Of a stretch of 64,000 bases of DNA, positions 38,641 through 50,727 are shown piece after piece (within the stretch, counting starts at the first letter, position 1; each line of letters begins with the position of its first letter). Position numbers and translations under genes: made by a program. Location of the stretch: contig JABXIA010000057.1 of NCBI GenBank assembly GCA_013373325.1, forward strand, positions 5,896-69,895, given 5' to 3'. Origin of the DNA: Paracoccaceae bacterium (GTDB lineage: Bacteria > Pseudomonadota > Alphaproteobacteria > Rhodobacterales > Rhodobacteraceae). The notes under the pieces are model-generated. The model ran no database searches, was not told where the DNA came from, and saw only the letters and a program-made list of their open reading frames with translations.

Positions 38641-39717
38641 ATGACACGGGACTATTCCCAGTTCTTTTCCAGCCCGCTGGACACGCAAAAACCTTCCCTC
38701 TCCCCGCTTCAGGCCCTGGGCTGGCAGCCGCATTTCGCGCAGCAGGTCAGCACCGAAGAGATGGCCGCCACCCCGCCCGTCCGCATCACCGCGGTGCACC
38801 GCAGCGCGCTGCACGCCGCCGGCGGCGGGTTTGAAACCACCCTGCCGCCGCGTCCGGATGCAACCGTCGGCGACTGGCTGATGCTGGACCGCTCACTGCC
38901 GCAGAACAGCCGGCTGCTGGACCGCGCCAGCCTGATCCGGCGGCGGGCGCCCGGCACCGGACGGCAGGACCAGCTGATCGCGGCCAACATCGACACCGGT
39001 TTTGTCGTCACCTCCTGCAACCAGGATTTCAACACCGCCCGGCTGGAACGCTACCTGGCCCTGATGCTTGAGGCGCAGATCACCCCGGTGATCGTTCTGA
39101 CCAAGGCGGACCTGACGGATGATCCGCAGGCCTATGTTCAGGCCGCCCGCGCCATCTCGGACAGGGCTGAGGTTGTGGCGCTGGACGCCCGCAGCAGCGG
39201 CGTGCAGACCGCGCTGGCGCCCTGGTGCAAACCCGGGCGGACGGTGGCCTTCCTCGGCTCCTCCGGGGTTGGCAAATCGACGCTGGCCAATGCGCTGCTC
39301 GGCACAAGCGCCATCGCCACGCAAGGGATCCGCGAGGACGACGCCAAGGGCCGCCACACCACCACGCACCGCGAATTGCACGCGGCACCGAACGGCTGCC
39401 TGATCCTCGACACCCCCGGCATGCGGGAATTGCAGCTGACCGGGGCGGCGGACGGCATCAGCAGCCTGTTTGCAAACATCACAGACCGCGCCGCGGGCTG
39501 CCGCTTCAGCAACTGCCGCCACGACAGCGAACCGGGCTGCGCCGTCCTTCAGGCCGTCGAACAGGGCGAGATCGAACAGGCCCAGCTGGACCGCTGGCGC
39601 AAGCTGATGGCCGAGGACGCCTTCAACTCCGCCAGCCTCGCGGAGCGCCGCGCCCGCGGCAAGGCCTTTGGCAAGATGGTCCGCGGCGCCAAGAAAATCA
39701 AAGAAAGGCGGAGGTGA
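38641..39717 (+). CDS. rsgA: Ribosome small subunit-dependent GTPase A (circularly permuted GTPase)
   Basis: TKAD (G4) precedes GSSGVGKST (G1), GRHTTT and DTPG; zinc site CRFSNCRHDSEPGC. Confidence 0.93.
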   Translation: MTRDYSQFFSSPLDTQKPSLSPLQALGWQPHFAQQVSTEEMAATPPVRITAVHRSALHAAGGGFETTLPPRPDATVGDWLMLDRSLPQNSRLLDRASLIRRRAPGTGRQDQLIAANIDTGFVVTSCNQDFNTARLERYLALMLEAQITPVIVLTKADLTDDPQAYVQAARAISDRAEVVALDARSSGVQTALAPWCKPGRTVAFLGSSGVGKSTLANALLGTSAIATQGIREDDAKGRHTTTHRELHAAPNGCLILDTPGMRELQLTGAADGISSLFANITDRAAGCRFSNCRHDSEPGCAVLQAVEQGEIEQAQLDRWRKLMAEDAFNSASLAERRARGKAFGKMVRGAKKIKERRR

Positions 39718-39721
39718 CGTG

Positions 39722-40525
39722 ATGCAGGCTTCGAAAACCGGCCAGATTGTCTGGCATGACCTGTTCACCCCGGACCGGACCCGCGCGATGGACTTCTACC
39801 GGCAGGCCGCAGGCTGGAACTACCAGACCGAACAGGCCGCCGATTTCGCCTGGGGCGGCGGTGAAAAGGCGTTTGTCCTGGCACTGCTGGACGGCGAGGC
39901 GGGGGCGGGGTTCGCGGAAACCCCGCCCGGCCTGCCGGACGGCTGGATCCCCTATGCCGAAGTTGCCGATGTCGACGCTGCCGCGGCGCAGGCCGAACAT
40001 CGGGGCGGAGACATTCTCCGCCCCCCGTTCGAGGTGCCCGGCGTCGGGCGCAACGCGCTGCTGCGCGATCCCTTGGGGGCGCTGCTTGGCATTTCGCTCT
40101 CACGCCACAGCTTCCCTGCCCCGGCGCGGCAATTCGGCCCTGAGATCTACCTGTCAAACGGCGCGGGCTTCCCCGCGGAGTTCTATGCCGCGGTCTGCGG
40201 CTGGCAGCTGCAGGCCGCACAGCCACAGGCGAAGGCGAAGGCGCAGGCAGCAGTGCCCATCCGCGGGCCGTCGAACAGACTTGCCGGCTGGCACCTGACG
40301 CACGTCTTGCCGCCGCTTCCCCGTCCTGCCTGGGTGCCGAAAATCAAAACCGCCTCTGCCGCCGCCGCGCGTCTGGCCGCCGAAGCACTGGGAGCCCGGT
40401 TTGCAGGCGAAGCCGTATTGCCCGGCACGCAGTCCCCCTGCTTGCTGCTGCAGACGCCCGGCGGTGCACTGGTCATATTCAGCACCGCCCCGGCCCTGGA
40501 CGGCCCGCTCAGCACCTCCCGCTGA
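39722..40525 (+). CDS. VOC/glyoxalase-bleomycin resistance family protein
   Basis: IVWHDLFT, FY..AAGW, WIPYAEVADVD, PFEVPGVGR, DPLGA motifs; second domain degenerate. Confidence 0.8.
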   Translation: MQASKTGQIVWHDLFTPDRTRAMDFYRQAAGWNYQTEQAADFAWGGGEKAFVLALLDGEAGAGFAETPPGLPDGWIPYAEVADVDAAAAQAEHRGGDILRPPFEVPGVGRNALLRDPLGALLGISLSRHSFPAPARQFGPEIYLSNGAGFPAEFYAAVCGWQLQAAQPQAKAKAQAAVPIRGPSNRLAGWHLTHVLPPLPRPAWVPKIKTASAAAARLAAEALGARFAGEAVLPGTQSPCLLLQTPGGALVIFSTAPALDGPLSTSR

Positions 40526-40529
40526 CCCA

Positions 40530-40557
40530 AGCGTCAGGACCCTGGGGTCCTGACGCT
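40530..40557. terminator. Perfect inverted repeat between convergent genes (bidirectional terminator or REP-like element)
   Basis: AGCGTCAGGACCC-tg-GGGTCCTGACGCT. Confidence 0.6.
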
Positions 40558-41914
40558 AGATATGCAGCGCCTGCCCCAGTGCTCTGAGGCAGGCCTCCTG
40601 CAGGGCTTCCGACTGGGTCGGATGGGCGTGGATGGTCGCGGCGATGTCTTCCAGGCAGGCGCCCATTTCGATGGCCAGCGAAAAGGCGGCAGAGAGTTCC
40701 GGCACCCCTGCCCCAACCGCCTGCAGCCCCATCACCGCATGGTCGCTTTCACGCCAGACAACCCGGAGGAAGCCATCCTCGCGTTCCGCGGTCAGCGCGC
40801 GCCCATTAGCCTGCAGCGGGAAAACCGTGGCGGCGGTGCCCTCGACCTCGCCCGGCAGGGCGCCGCAGGCCACCACCTCCGGATCGGTGAAACAGACCGC
40901 CGGAATGGCCCGCTTGTCCCACTGGACCGCATGGCCCGCGATATGCTCCGCGACCATTTCGCCCTGCGCCATGGCGCGGTGGGCCAGCATCGGCTCGCCG
41001 GTCACATCCCCGATGGCATAGATGCCGCGCATCGACGACTGGCAATGGCTGTCGGTTTTGACAAACGGCCCGTCCTGGGTCAGCGCCAGCTCCTCGATGC
41101 CGATCCCTGCGGTGCGGGGCCGCCGCCCGACGGTCACCAGCACCTTCTCCGCCGCCACGTCGCCCTGACTGGTCTGCAGCCTGCCGTTCTCATAGCCCCG
41201 CGCCCTTGTGCCGGTCTTCACCGCCACCCCCAGCACCTCCAGCCGTGCCGCAACCGGGCGGGTCAGCTCCGCATCATAAAGCGGCAGAATGCGCTCCTCC
41301 GCCTCGACCACCGTGACCGTGGCGCCCAGCTTGGCAAAGGCGGTGCCCAGCTCCAGCCCGATATAGCCGCCGCCGACCACCGCCAGGCTCTCCGGCACCT
41401 GCGTCAGCTCCATCGCTCCGGTCGAGGACAGGATGGGGCCGCCGAACGGCAGATCCGGCAGCTCCACCGGGGCAGAGCCGGAGGCGATCACGATATGCTG
41501 CGCATGGATCACCTGGCCGTCGCCATTGCCGTTCACTGAAACCGTCTTGCCATCCAGAAACCGGGCGCGGCCCTGCACGAACCGCACGCCCGCCTTCTTC
41601 ATCAGCGCCGTGACACCGCTGTTCAGCCGCTGCACGATGCCATCCTTCCAGGCCACTGTTTTGGCCAGATCAATCGCAGGCGCGCCGCAGCTGATCCCCA
41701 GCAGGCCCTGCGGCGCGCTTGCGATCCGGTGAAATTCCTCCGCCGCATGGATCAGCGCCTTCGACGGGATGCAGCCCACATTGAGGCAGGTGCCGCCCGC
41801 CCTGCCCTCGTCCACCACGATGGTGTCGATGCCCAGCTGGCCCGCGCGGATAGCACAGACATAGCCGCCGGGGCCCGCACCGATGATCAGCAGTTTGCAC
41901 TTCAGATCAGACAT
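40556..41914 (-). CDS. lpdA: Dihydrolipoamide dehydrogenase (E3 of the branched-chain complex, LpdV-like)
   Basis: GAGPGG, GGTCLNVGCIPSK, HAHPTQSE motifs. Confidence 0.95.
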   Translation of the reverse strand: MSDLKCKLLIIGAGPGGYVCAIRAGQLGIDTIVVDEGRAGGTCLNVGCIPSKALIHAAEEFHRIASAPQGLLGISCGAPAIDLAKTVAWKDGIVQRLNSGVTALMKKAGVRFVQGRARFLDGKTVSVNGNGDGQVIHAQHIVIASGSAPVELPDLPFGGPILSSTGAMELTQVPESLAVVGGGYIGLELGTAFAKLGATVTVVEAEERILPLYDAELTRPVAARLEVLGVAVKTGTRARGYENGRLQTSQGDVAAEKVLVTVGRRPRTAGIGIEELALTQDGPFVKTDSHCQSSMRGIYAIGDVTGEPMLAHRAMAQGEMVAEHIAGHAVQWDKRAIPAVCFTDPEVVACGALPGEVEGTAATVFPLQANGRALTAEREDGFLRVVWRESDHAVMGLQAVGAGVPELSAAFSLAIEMGACLEDIAATIHAHPTQSEALQEACLRALGQALHI

Positions 41915-43162
41915 TCAGCCCTCGACAAACAGCATCGCTGGGGTTTCCAGCAGGGATTTCAGTTTCTGCACAAAGACCGCGGCGTCCCAGCCGTCGACCA
42001 CACGGTGATCAAAGGAGCAGGACAGGTTCATCATCTTGCGCGGCCGGAACTGCTGACCGTCCCAGACCGGGCGGATCTGCATCTTGTTGACGCCGACGAT
42101 GGCCACCTCCGGGTAATTCACGATCGGGGTTGTGGCGATGGCGCCCAAGGGCCCCAGCGAGGTGATGGTGATGGTGCCGCCGCTCAGCTCCTCCCGCTTA
42201 ATCGAGCCGTCGCGGGCGGCCTCCGCCAGCCGCTGGATTTCCGCCGCATTGTCCCACAGGCTGCCCGCCTCGGCGTGGTGCACCACCGGCACCGTCAGCC
42301 CCTGCTCTGTTTGGGTGGCGATGCCCGCGTGCACGCCGCCGTGGCGGTGGATCACGCCTTCCTCGTCGTCGAACCGGGCGTTCAGCCCGGGCTGCTCGCG
42401 CACCGCTTCGACTATGGCGCGCAGCAGGAAGGGCAGCAGGGTCAGCTTGGGGCGGCTGCCCTCGTGCTTCTTGTTCAGCGCCGCCCGCAGATCCTCCAGC
42501 GCCCCCATCTCCACCTCCTCGACGATGGTGATATGCGGGATCTGCCGTTTCGCCTGCGCCATCTTCTCGGCGATCTTGCGGCGCATGCCGACCACCCGGA
42601 TCTCCTCGACCCCGGTGTTGCGGCCGCGGGTCACGCCGCCCTGCTTGATGCCGCCCGAGGCAATCCAGTTGTCCAGGTCCTCATGGCTGATGCGCCCCGC
42701 AGGGCCGCTGCCCGGCACCTGCCGCAGGTTCACCCCCTCGGCCCGTGCCCGCGCCCGCACCGAGGGCGCAGCCAGCGGCTTGGCGCCCTCCAGCGGCGGC
42801 ATCCGGCGCACCGGCTTCTTTGCCGCAGGCTCCGGTACCGGCTCTGGCTGTGTCCCCGGCGCTGTCTCAGCAGCCTGCTCAGCTTCTGCCTCCGGTGCGG
42901 AGGCGGCGGCATTACCCGCGCCCTCAACCTCCAGCCGCACCAGAACCCCGCCCACCGGGATCATCGCGCCGATGTCACCGCCCAGCTCCAGCACCGTGCC
43001 GTCGGCCGAAGACGGCACCTCCACCGCGGCCTTGTCGGTCATCACCGCGGCCAGGATGTCATCCTCGCGCACCACGTCGCCCGGTTTCACATGCCACTCG
43101 ATCAGCTCTGCCTCGGCAACGCCCTCGCCCACATCGGGCAGCCGGATTTCAAAAACGCCCAT
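41915..43162 (-). CDS. bkdB: Branched-chain 2-oxoacid dehydrogenase E2
   Basis: Lipoyl site MTDKAAVE, E3-binding domain, DHRVVDG. Confidence 0.93.
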   Translation of the reverse strand: MGVFEIRLPDVGEGVAEAELIEWHVKPGDVVREDDILAAVMTDKAAVEVPSSADGTVLELGGDIGAMIPVGGVLVRLEVEGAGNAAASAPEAEAEQAAETAPGTQPEPVPEPAAKKPVRRMPPLEGAKPLAAPSVRARARAEGVNLRQVPGSGPAGRISHEDLDNWIASGGIKQGGVTRGRNTGVEEIRVVGMRRKIAEKMAQAKRQIPHITIVEEVEMGALEDLRAALNKKHEGSRPKLTLLPFLLRAIVEAVREQPGLNARFDDEEGVIHRHGGVHAGIATQTEQGLTVPVVHHAEAGSLWDNAAEIQRLAEAARDGSIKREELSGGTITITSLGPLGAIATTPIVNYPEVAIVGVNKMQIRPVWDGQQFRPRKMMNLSCSFDHRVVDGWDAAVFVQKLKSLLETPAMLFVEG

Positions 43163-43165
43163 GGA

Positions 43166-44179
43166 TCAGTCCTCCATGACTTTCTTCAGCGCCTCGCCCA
43201 CCCGGCCAGGCCCCGGAAAATACTCCCACTCCTGCGCATGCGGATAGGGCGTGTCCCAGCCCGTCACCCGGATCACCGGCGCCTCCAGGTGGTAGAAGCA
43301 ATGCTCCTGCACCAGCGCCATCAGCTCTGCCCCGAAACCGGAGGTGCGGGTCGCCTCATGCACGATCACGCAGCGCCCGGTCTTCTGCACCGAGGCCACA
43401 ATCGCCTCCAGATCCAGCGGCATCAGGCTGCGCAGGTCGATCACCTCGGCGTCCACGCCGGTCTCCTCCGCCGCGGCTTCGGCCACAAACACCATCGTGC
43501 CATAGGCCAGCACCGTCACCTCCGCCCCTTCGCGGCGGATCGCCGCCTTGCCCAGCGGCACAATCCCGTCCCCGTCCGGCACCTCACCCAGCGGATGGGA
43601 CTTCCAGCTTTCCACCGGTTTGTCGTGATGGCCGTCAAATGGCCCGTTATAGAGCCGCTTGGGTTCGAAAAAGATCACCGGATCCGGGTCCGAGATGGCC
43701 GCCAGCAGCAGCCCCTTGGCGTCGCGCGGATTGGAGGGCATCACCACCTTCAGCCCCGACACATGGGTAAACAGCGCCTCCGGGCTCTGGCTGTGGGTCT
43801 GGCCGCCGAAAATGCCGCCGCCGGTGGGCATCCGGATCACCAGCGGGCAGGTGAAATCCGCGTTCGAGCGGTGCCGCAGCCGCGCGGCCTCCGAGACGAT
43901 CTGGTCATAAGCCGGATAGACGTAGTCCGCGAACTGGATCTCGATCACCGGCTTCAGCCCATAGGCCGCCATGCCGATGGCGGTGCCGACAATGCCGGAT
44001 TCATTGATCGGCGCGTCAAAGCAGCGGGATTTGCCGTATTTCTCCTGCAGCCCCGCGGTGCAGCGGAAGACACCACCGAAAAATCCCACGTCCTCGCCGA
44101 AAACCACCACCCTTTCGTCCGCCGCCATCGCCACGTCATGAGCCTCGCGGATGGCTTCGATCATCGTCATCCGCGCCAT
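43166..44179 (-). CDS. bkdA2: Branched-chain 2-oxoacid dehydrogenase E1 beta
   Basis: GEDVGFFGGVFR, EIQFADY, GGQTHSQSPE motifs. Confidence 0.95.
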   Translation of the reverse strand: MARMTMIEAIREAHDVAMAADERVVVFGEDVGFFGGVFRCTAGLQEKYGKSRCFDAPINESGIVGTAIGMAAYGLKPVIEIQFADYVYPAYDQIVSEAARLRHRSNADFTCPLVIRMPTGGGIFGGQTHSQSPEALFTHVSGLKVVMPSNPRDAKGLLLAAISDPDPVIFFEPKRLYNGPFDGHHDKPVESWKSHPLGEVPDGDGIVPLGKAAIRREGAEVTVLAYGTMVFVAEAAAEETGVDAEVIDLRSLMPLDLEAIVASVQKTGRCVIVHEATRTSGFGAELMALVQEHCFYHLEAPVIRVTGWDTPYPHAQEWEYFPGPGRVGEALKKVMED

Positions 44180-44180
44180 C

Positions 44181-45629
<1,449 letters not shown>

Positions 45630-45667
45630 TTAACGCAACTTTTCGGTCCGGGGGTGCCGCCGGCCGG

Positions 45668-47350
45668 TCAGGCGTAATGCTTGTTCCGGGACATCTTGCC
45701 GATGCCGGGGTTCATGCTGTTGGTGGGGTCCACCGATTTGTAGAACGCCGCCAGATCCGGCTTGGCCGGGTACAGGTGGCCGACGTTGTGCTCTGCCGGG
45801 TATTCCGCCCCGCGCTTGTCCAGCAGCGCCAGCATCGCGTCCTTCAGCGCCTTCACGTCTGCACCCTTCTTCACGATGTAATCCTGATGCAGAACGTGGC
45901 ACATGAAATGCCCGTAATAGAGCCTGCCGGCCAGCTGATCCCCGATCTCCGGCGGCAGTTCCTCGAACCAGTCCTGATCGTTGCGGCGCAGGGCGATATC
46001 CAGCGCGATGATGTCCTCCACCTCGGCCCGGTGCACGGCCATGTAGCGCACCGCGGCGCCGGCCGCGGCAAAGCGGTGCAGCCCGGCCATCTTGGCCTCG
46101 CGCGGGGTGCATTCGAAGTAGCTGAGACTGCCGCCGCCCGCCATCTCCGCCAGCAGGGCGCGGGCCTCGGCAATGCCGCCATCGCGCATCTTGAGGATCA
46201 GGTGATGCGGGTGGGACCGGCGGAACGCCCGCATCCGCCGCGGAAGGATGTCCGGCCACAGGCGCGACAGCATCTGCATCACCCGGTCGGTCAGATTGCC
46301 CAGGCCGGGAATGCCGGCCAGCCGCGCATCCACTGCGCCTTTCAGCGCAAAGAACATGGGCAGCCGGTCCGTGCCCAGCTTGTCGATCATCACCATGGTG
46401 TCCTTGCCATAGCGGTCCGACAGGTCAAAGACATCCCGGTGCATGTATTCGGCGCTGACCGGCAGGGTGGCAAACTCCGCCAGAATGCGGCGGCGCAGGG
46501 CGGTCAGCGCCGCCGTGGTCCGGCTGCCGACGTAAAACGTCAGCTCTTCGGCGTTTTTCGGGTAGGTGTCCAGCCGCACCGCAAACACCGCCAGCTTGCC
46601 CGCGCAGCCCGCCGTCTCATAAAGCCGCGACTTGTCGGCATTGAACCGCGCCGGGGTCGGCGCGTCGATGTCGCGGACCCTGCGGGCATACGACGTGTCC
46701 GAGGCCTTCTTGTTGCCGGTCTCGATATCTTCAGGGCGGTAATCGCCGGTCTGCAGCCGGGTCAGGATCTCCTCCGGGCTGGCGCCCAGGTTGATGCCCA
46801 GATGGTTGACAAGCTCCAGCTGGCCGTCCCCGGTGATGCGGGCAAACAGCGACAGCTCGGTATAGGACGGCCCCCGCTCCACCAGCGACCCGCCGGAGTT
46901 GTTGCAGACGCCGCCCACAATCGACGCCCCGATGCAGGAAGAGCCGATCACCGAATGCGGCTGGCGGCCCAGCGGCGCCAGCAGCTTTTCCAGCGCAAAC
47001 AGGGTGCTGCCCGGGAAGCTGACGACCTGTTTGCCGCCCTCCAGCAGCTGCAGCTGGTCCATCCGCCGGGTGTTGATCAGCACCACATCCCGGTCATAGC
47101 TGCCCTTGGGGGTGGAGCCTTCGGTCAGCCCGGTGTTGGCCGCCTGCATGATGACGATCTTGTCCGCCGCGACACAGGCCTGCAGCACCTTCCACTGCTC
47201 CAGCAGGGTTGCAGGCCGGACCACCGCCAGCGCCTCCCCCTCACCGGAGCGGAACCCCTTGCGGAACCGCCGTGTGGCGCGGCCGCCGGTCAGCACATGG
47301 CGGCGCCCGCAGATGGATTTCAGTTCACGGATCAGCTCTGCATCGCTCAT
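45668..47350 (-). CDS. dld: Quinone-dependent D-lactate dehydrogenase (FAD)
   Basis: MQAANTGLTEGSTP, HSVIGSSCIGAS, YPAEHNVGHLY, NPGIGK motifs. Confidence 0.93.
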   Translation of the reverse strand: MSDAELIRELKSICGRRHVLTGGRATRRFRKGFRSGEGEALAVVRPATLLEQWKVLQACVAADKIVIMQAANTGLTEGSTPKGSYDRDVVLINTRRMDQLQLLEGGKQVVSFPGSTLFALEKLLAPLGRQPHSVIGSSCIGASIVGGVCNNSGGSLVERGPSYTELSLFARITGDGQLELVNHLGINLGASPEEILTRLQTGDYRPEDIETGNKKASDTSYARRVRDIDAPTPARFNADKSRLYETAGCAGKLAVFAVRLDTYPKNAEELTFYVGSRTTAALTALRRRILAEFATLPVSAEYMHRDVFDLSDRYGKDTMVMIDKLGTDRLPMFFALKGAVDARLAGIPGLGNLTDRVMQMLSRLWPDILPRRMRAFRRSHPHHLILKMRDGGIAEARALLAEMAGGGSLSYFECTPREAKMAGLHRFAAAGAAVRYMAVHRAEVEDIIALDIALRRNDQDWFEELPPEIGDQLAGRLYYGHFMCHVLHQDYIVKKGADVKALKDAMLALLDKRGAEYPAEHNVGHLYPAKPDLAAFYKSVDPTNSMNPGIGKMSRNKHYA

Positions 47351-47369
47351 CACATCCGCCCTCCCCTGC

Positions 47370-49436
47370 TCAGTACGCCACAGAGGGCAGCCAGGTCGCC
47401 AGTGCCGGCCACAGGTAGACAAACATCAGCCCGGTCAGCTGCAGCAGCACAAAGGGAATGATGCCCTTGTAGATATGGCCCAGGCGGATTTCCGGCGGGC
47501 AGACGCCCTTGAGGTAGAACAGCGCAAAGCCAACCGGCGGCGTCAGGAAGGAGGTCTGCAGCGTCACCGCCACCAGGATCACGAACCACACCAGCGCCGG
47601 CTCATCGATGGCGCCGAAACCGGGGATATCCAGCCCCAGCCCGTTCACGATCGGGCGCATCAGCGGCAGCACAATCAGGGTGATCTCGATCCAGTCCAGC
47701 ACGAAACCCAGCAGGAACACGATGAACAGGATCATGAACACAGTGCCCTCCGGCCCGAAACCGGTGCCCTGGATCATCTCCTCGATCAGCGCGTCGCCGC
47801 CCAGCTCCCGCAGCACATAGGAAAACACCGTGGCACCCAGGAAGATCGCAAAGATATAAGCGGTGGTGTTGAAGGTCGCCTTTAGCACATTGACCAGCTT
47901 CGCCAGCGTCAGCTTGCGGTAGCCAAGCGCCAGCAGCGTCGCCCCCAAAGCGCCCACGCCCGACGCCTCGGTCGGCGTGGTGAGGCCTGCAAAAATAGAG
48001 CCTAACACGGCCAGAATAAGCCCCAGCGTCGGCAGCACCGCAATCAGCACGTCCTTGACCGCGGCCCAGTCCGGACGCTTGGCCCCCGCAGGCACCGGCG
48101 CGACGTCGCGTTTGATCAGCGCAATCACAAAGATATAGGTGAGGTAGAGCGCGCCGATGATCACGCCGGGGAACACCGCGGCCATGAACAGGTCGCCGAC
48201 GCTCAGCGCCATCTGGTCGGCCATGATCACCAGCATGATCGAGGGCGGGATCAGAATGCCCAATGTGCCGGAGGCCGAGACCACGCCCGCCGCCAGCGCA
48301 GGCGAATACTTCTGCTCCATCATCGACGGCAGCGACAAGACGCCCAGCAGCACCACAGAGGCACCGATGATGCCGGTGGAGGCCGCAAGGATGATGCCGA
48401 TCAGGGTGACGGTGATCGCCAGCCCGCCGCGCACGGTGCCGAACAGGCGCTGCATCGCACTCATCAGACGCTCCGCCACGCCGCTTTCATCCAGCATCAG
48501 ACCCATGAAGATGAACATCGGCAGCGCCACCAGCACCGCGTTCGACATGGTGGCATAGACCCGGTTCACCACCGCGCCCAGGGTCAGGTAATCCAGCCCG
48601 GTCAGGGTTTCCTCCAGCCCGGTCCAGTTCATCATGCCGTTGTCGAACAGATAGGCCAGCCCGCAATAGGCCACCCCTACCCCGGCCAGCGTCCAGGCCA
48701 CCGGAAAGCCGGTGAACAGCAGCGCAATGAAGGTCAGGAACATGGCGATGACCAGCTTTTCCTCGGTGGTCTCCACCAGGAAGGTCAGCGCGGTGGCGAC
48801 AACAGCAAAGCCAACCAGCGCCCAGATCACCAGCCGCAGGCTTTTGCCTGCACGCTCCTCTGCCGGGCCCGCCAGCAGCGCGTGGCCGTCGTGGATCAGC
48901 CGCGCCAGCGCCGCTGCCGCCAACAGGACAAAGCTCAGCGGGATCACCGCCTTCAGCGCCCAGCGGGCCGGCAGGCCGGTGGGGCTATCGGAACGTTCGT
49001 TCACCCGCCAGCTTTCGTAGAAATAATCATAGCCCTGATCGATCATCAGATAGATGAACGGCACCAGCAGGGTCAGGATGCCGATCACCTCGATGATCCG
49101 CCGGGCGCGGCGGCTCAGCTGCATATGCAGCACATCCACCCGCACATGGCTGTCGGTGACCAGCGCATAGGAAATGCCGATCATCGTCACCAGCCCGTAG
49201 AAATGCCACTGGATCTCGTCCAGCTTGGGATAGTTCTGGTTCAGCAGGTAGCGCAGCGCGACCTGCGACACGATGGCCAGCACCAACAGCAGGTTGGCCC
49301 ACATCACCAGATTGCCGGTCCCCTTGACCGTGTTGTCGATCCAAACCGCCAGCCGTTGCCGGTCCTCGTCGCCGTGCTCCAGGATCTCTTCGTAGCGTTC
49401 GATCGGGTCGTCCTGCAGGTGCAGATTCTCAGCCAT
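47370..49436 (-). CDS. TRAP transporter fused DctQ-DctM permease
   Basis: N-terminal DctQ (DSHVRVDV) fused to DctM (GTLGILIPPS, SFLTPPVG). Confidence 0.9.
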   Translation of the reverse strand: MAENLHLQDDPIERYEEILEHGDEDRQRLAVWIDNTVKGTGNLVMWANLLLVLAIVSQVALRYLLNQNYPKLDEIQWHFYGLVTMIGISYALVTDSHVRVDVLHMQLSRRARRIIEVIGILTLLVPFIYLMIDQGYDYFYESWRVNERSDSPTGLPARWALKAVIPLSFVLLAAAALARLIHDGHALLAGPAEERAGKSLRLVIWALVGFAVVATALTFLVETTEEKLVIAMFLTFIALLFTGFPVAWTLAGVGVAYCGLAYLFDNGMMNWTGLEETLTGLDYLTLGAVVNRVYATMSNAVLVALPMFIFMGLMLDESGVAERLMSAMQRLFGTVRGGLAITVTLIGIILAASTGIIGASVVLLGVLSLPSMMEQKYSPALAAGVVSASGTLGILIPPSIMLVIMADQMALSVGDLFMAAVFPGVIIGALYLTYIFVIALIKRDVAPVPAGAKRPDWAAVKDVLIAVLPTLGLILAVLGSIFAGLTTPTEASGVGALGATLLALGYRKLTLAKLVNVLKATFNTTAYIFAIFLGATVFSYVLRELGGDALIEEMIQGTGFGPEGTVFMILFIVFLLGFVLDWIEITLIVLPLMRPIVNGLGLDIPGFGAIDEPALVWFVILVAVTLQTSFLTPPVGFALFYLKGVCPPEIRLGHIYKGIIPFVLLQLTGLMFVYLWPALATWLPSVAY

Positions 49437-49559
49437 GGTTTCCTCCTCCGGAACGTGGCGTGCGCGGACGTGAATGCGCCCGTGTCAGTCAGGGAAATGA
49501 CGAAAATCAGGGAAAGGCGGGGCGGCGGAAATGCTGCCGCCCCAAGGTGCGCAAGCGGA

Positions 49560-50612
49560 TTACTTGCGCGGGAGGAATGCGTTTTCCTTCCAGACCGCAT
49601 AGCCTTCGCGGAAGGTCTGCATGTCCAGCAGCACCCGGCCGAAGAACTGGTCGTTGGTGGCTTCTTCCGCGGCAACCTCGTCCCAGGTGGCGCGGAACAG
49701 CTCCAGCATCTGTGCGTCCCACTGCTTGATGTGAACGCCGTTGTTTTCAACATTGTCGATCAGCGCCGCGTGCTGGATCGCCTCGCCTTCGGCAAAGCTG
49801 TCGGCCATCGACGCCTTGCAGGCGTTTTCGATGATCGCCTTGTGCTGGTCGCTGGCTTCGTTCCAGACGTCCTTGTTGACCAGCAGTTCAAACACGGTGG
49901 CCTGCTGGTGCCAGCCGGGGAAGTAGTTGTATTTCACCAGCTTGTGAAAGCCCAGACGGGCGTCGATGGCAGGCATCGAGAACTCGGTCGCGTCAATCGC
50001 GCCCTTCTCCAGCGCCGGGAAGATCTCGCCGCCGGGCAGCAGCGATGTGGCCACACCCAGCTTCTGCATCACCTTGCCGCCCAGGCCGAAAAACCGCATC
50101 TTCAGGCCGTTCAGGTCCTCGGCGCTGTTGATCTCCTTGGCGAACCAGCCGGAGGTCTCCGGCGCGATCACCGCACAGGGCAGAACCTTCACGTTATAAC
50201 CCGCTTGGTCGTACATCTCCTGATACAGGGTCATGCCGTTGCCATAGTAGAGCCAGGCCATGTATTCGCCCGCTTCCGGACCGAACGGCACGGCGGAGAA
50301 CAGCGGCGCGGCCGGGATCTTGCCCGCCCAGTAACCGGCGGTGGTGTAACCGGAGTTGATCTTGCCCGAGGACACCGCGTCCAGGATCTCGAACGGCGGC
50401 ACCAGCTTGCCGGGCTCATAGACCTTCATCTTGAGGCTGCCGCCGGACATCAGGTCCAGTTGCTCAGCCACCCGCGGGATCGGCGTGCCGAGCCCCGGCA
50501 GCGCGGTCGAAAACGCAATCGGGGTTTTCAGCAGCAGCTTGTCGGCGGCCTGTGCGGCAGGGGCCGCCAGCAGCGATGCGGCCACGGCCAGCGAGGTCAG
50601 GGTCTTCTTCAT
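49560..50612 (-). CDS. TRAP substrate-binding protein (TakP-like; monocarboxylate/keto-acid)
   Basis: Signal peptide; GWFAKEINS..DLNGLKMRF, ALEKGAIDATEF, PGWHQ motifs. Confidence 0.9.
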   Translation of the reverse strand: MKKTLTSLAVAASLLAAPAAQAADKLLLKTPIAFSTALPGLGTPIPRVAEQLDLMSGGSLKMKVYEPGKLVPPFEILDAVSSGKINSGYTTAGYWAGKIPAAPLFSAVPFGPEAGEYMAWLYYGNGMTLYQEMYDQAGYNVKVLPCAVIAPETSGWFAKEINSAEDLNGLKMRFFGLGGKVMQKLGVATSLLPGGEIFPALEKGAIDATEFSMPAIDARLGFHKLVKYNYFPGWHQQATVFELLVNKDVWNEASDQHKAIIENACKASMADSFAEGEAIQHAALIDNVENNGVHIKQWDAQMLELFRATWDEVAAEEATNDQFFGRVLLDMQTFREGYAVWKENAFLPRK

Positions 50613-50679
50613 GGGATCTCCTCCGGGTTCAGTCCGGCCGCTCCTCCGGCCGCAATTCCAACCGCTGATGCGGCATGAC

Positions 50680-50727
50680 TGGTAAATATTGTTGACCACA
50701 CAAATCAGTCAACAACTTTATTTACCA
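50680..50727. promoter_or_regulatory. Candidate FadR-family (GlcC/LldR-like) operator
   Basis: TGGTAAATATTGTTGACCA at 50680-50698 followed by an inverted near-copy GTCAACAA-ctt-TATTTACCA. Confidence 0.55.
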
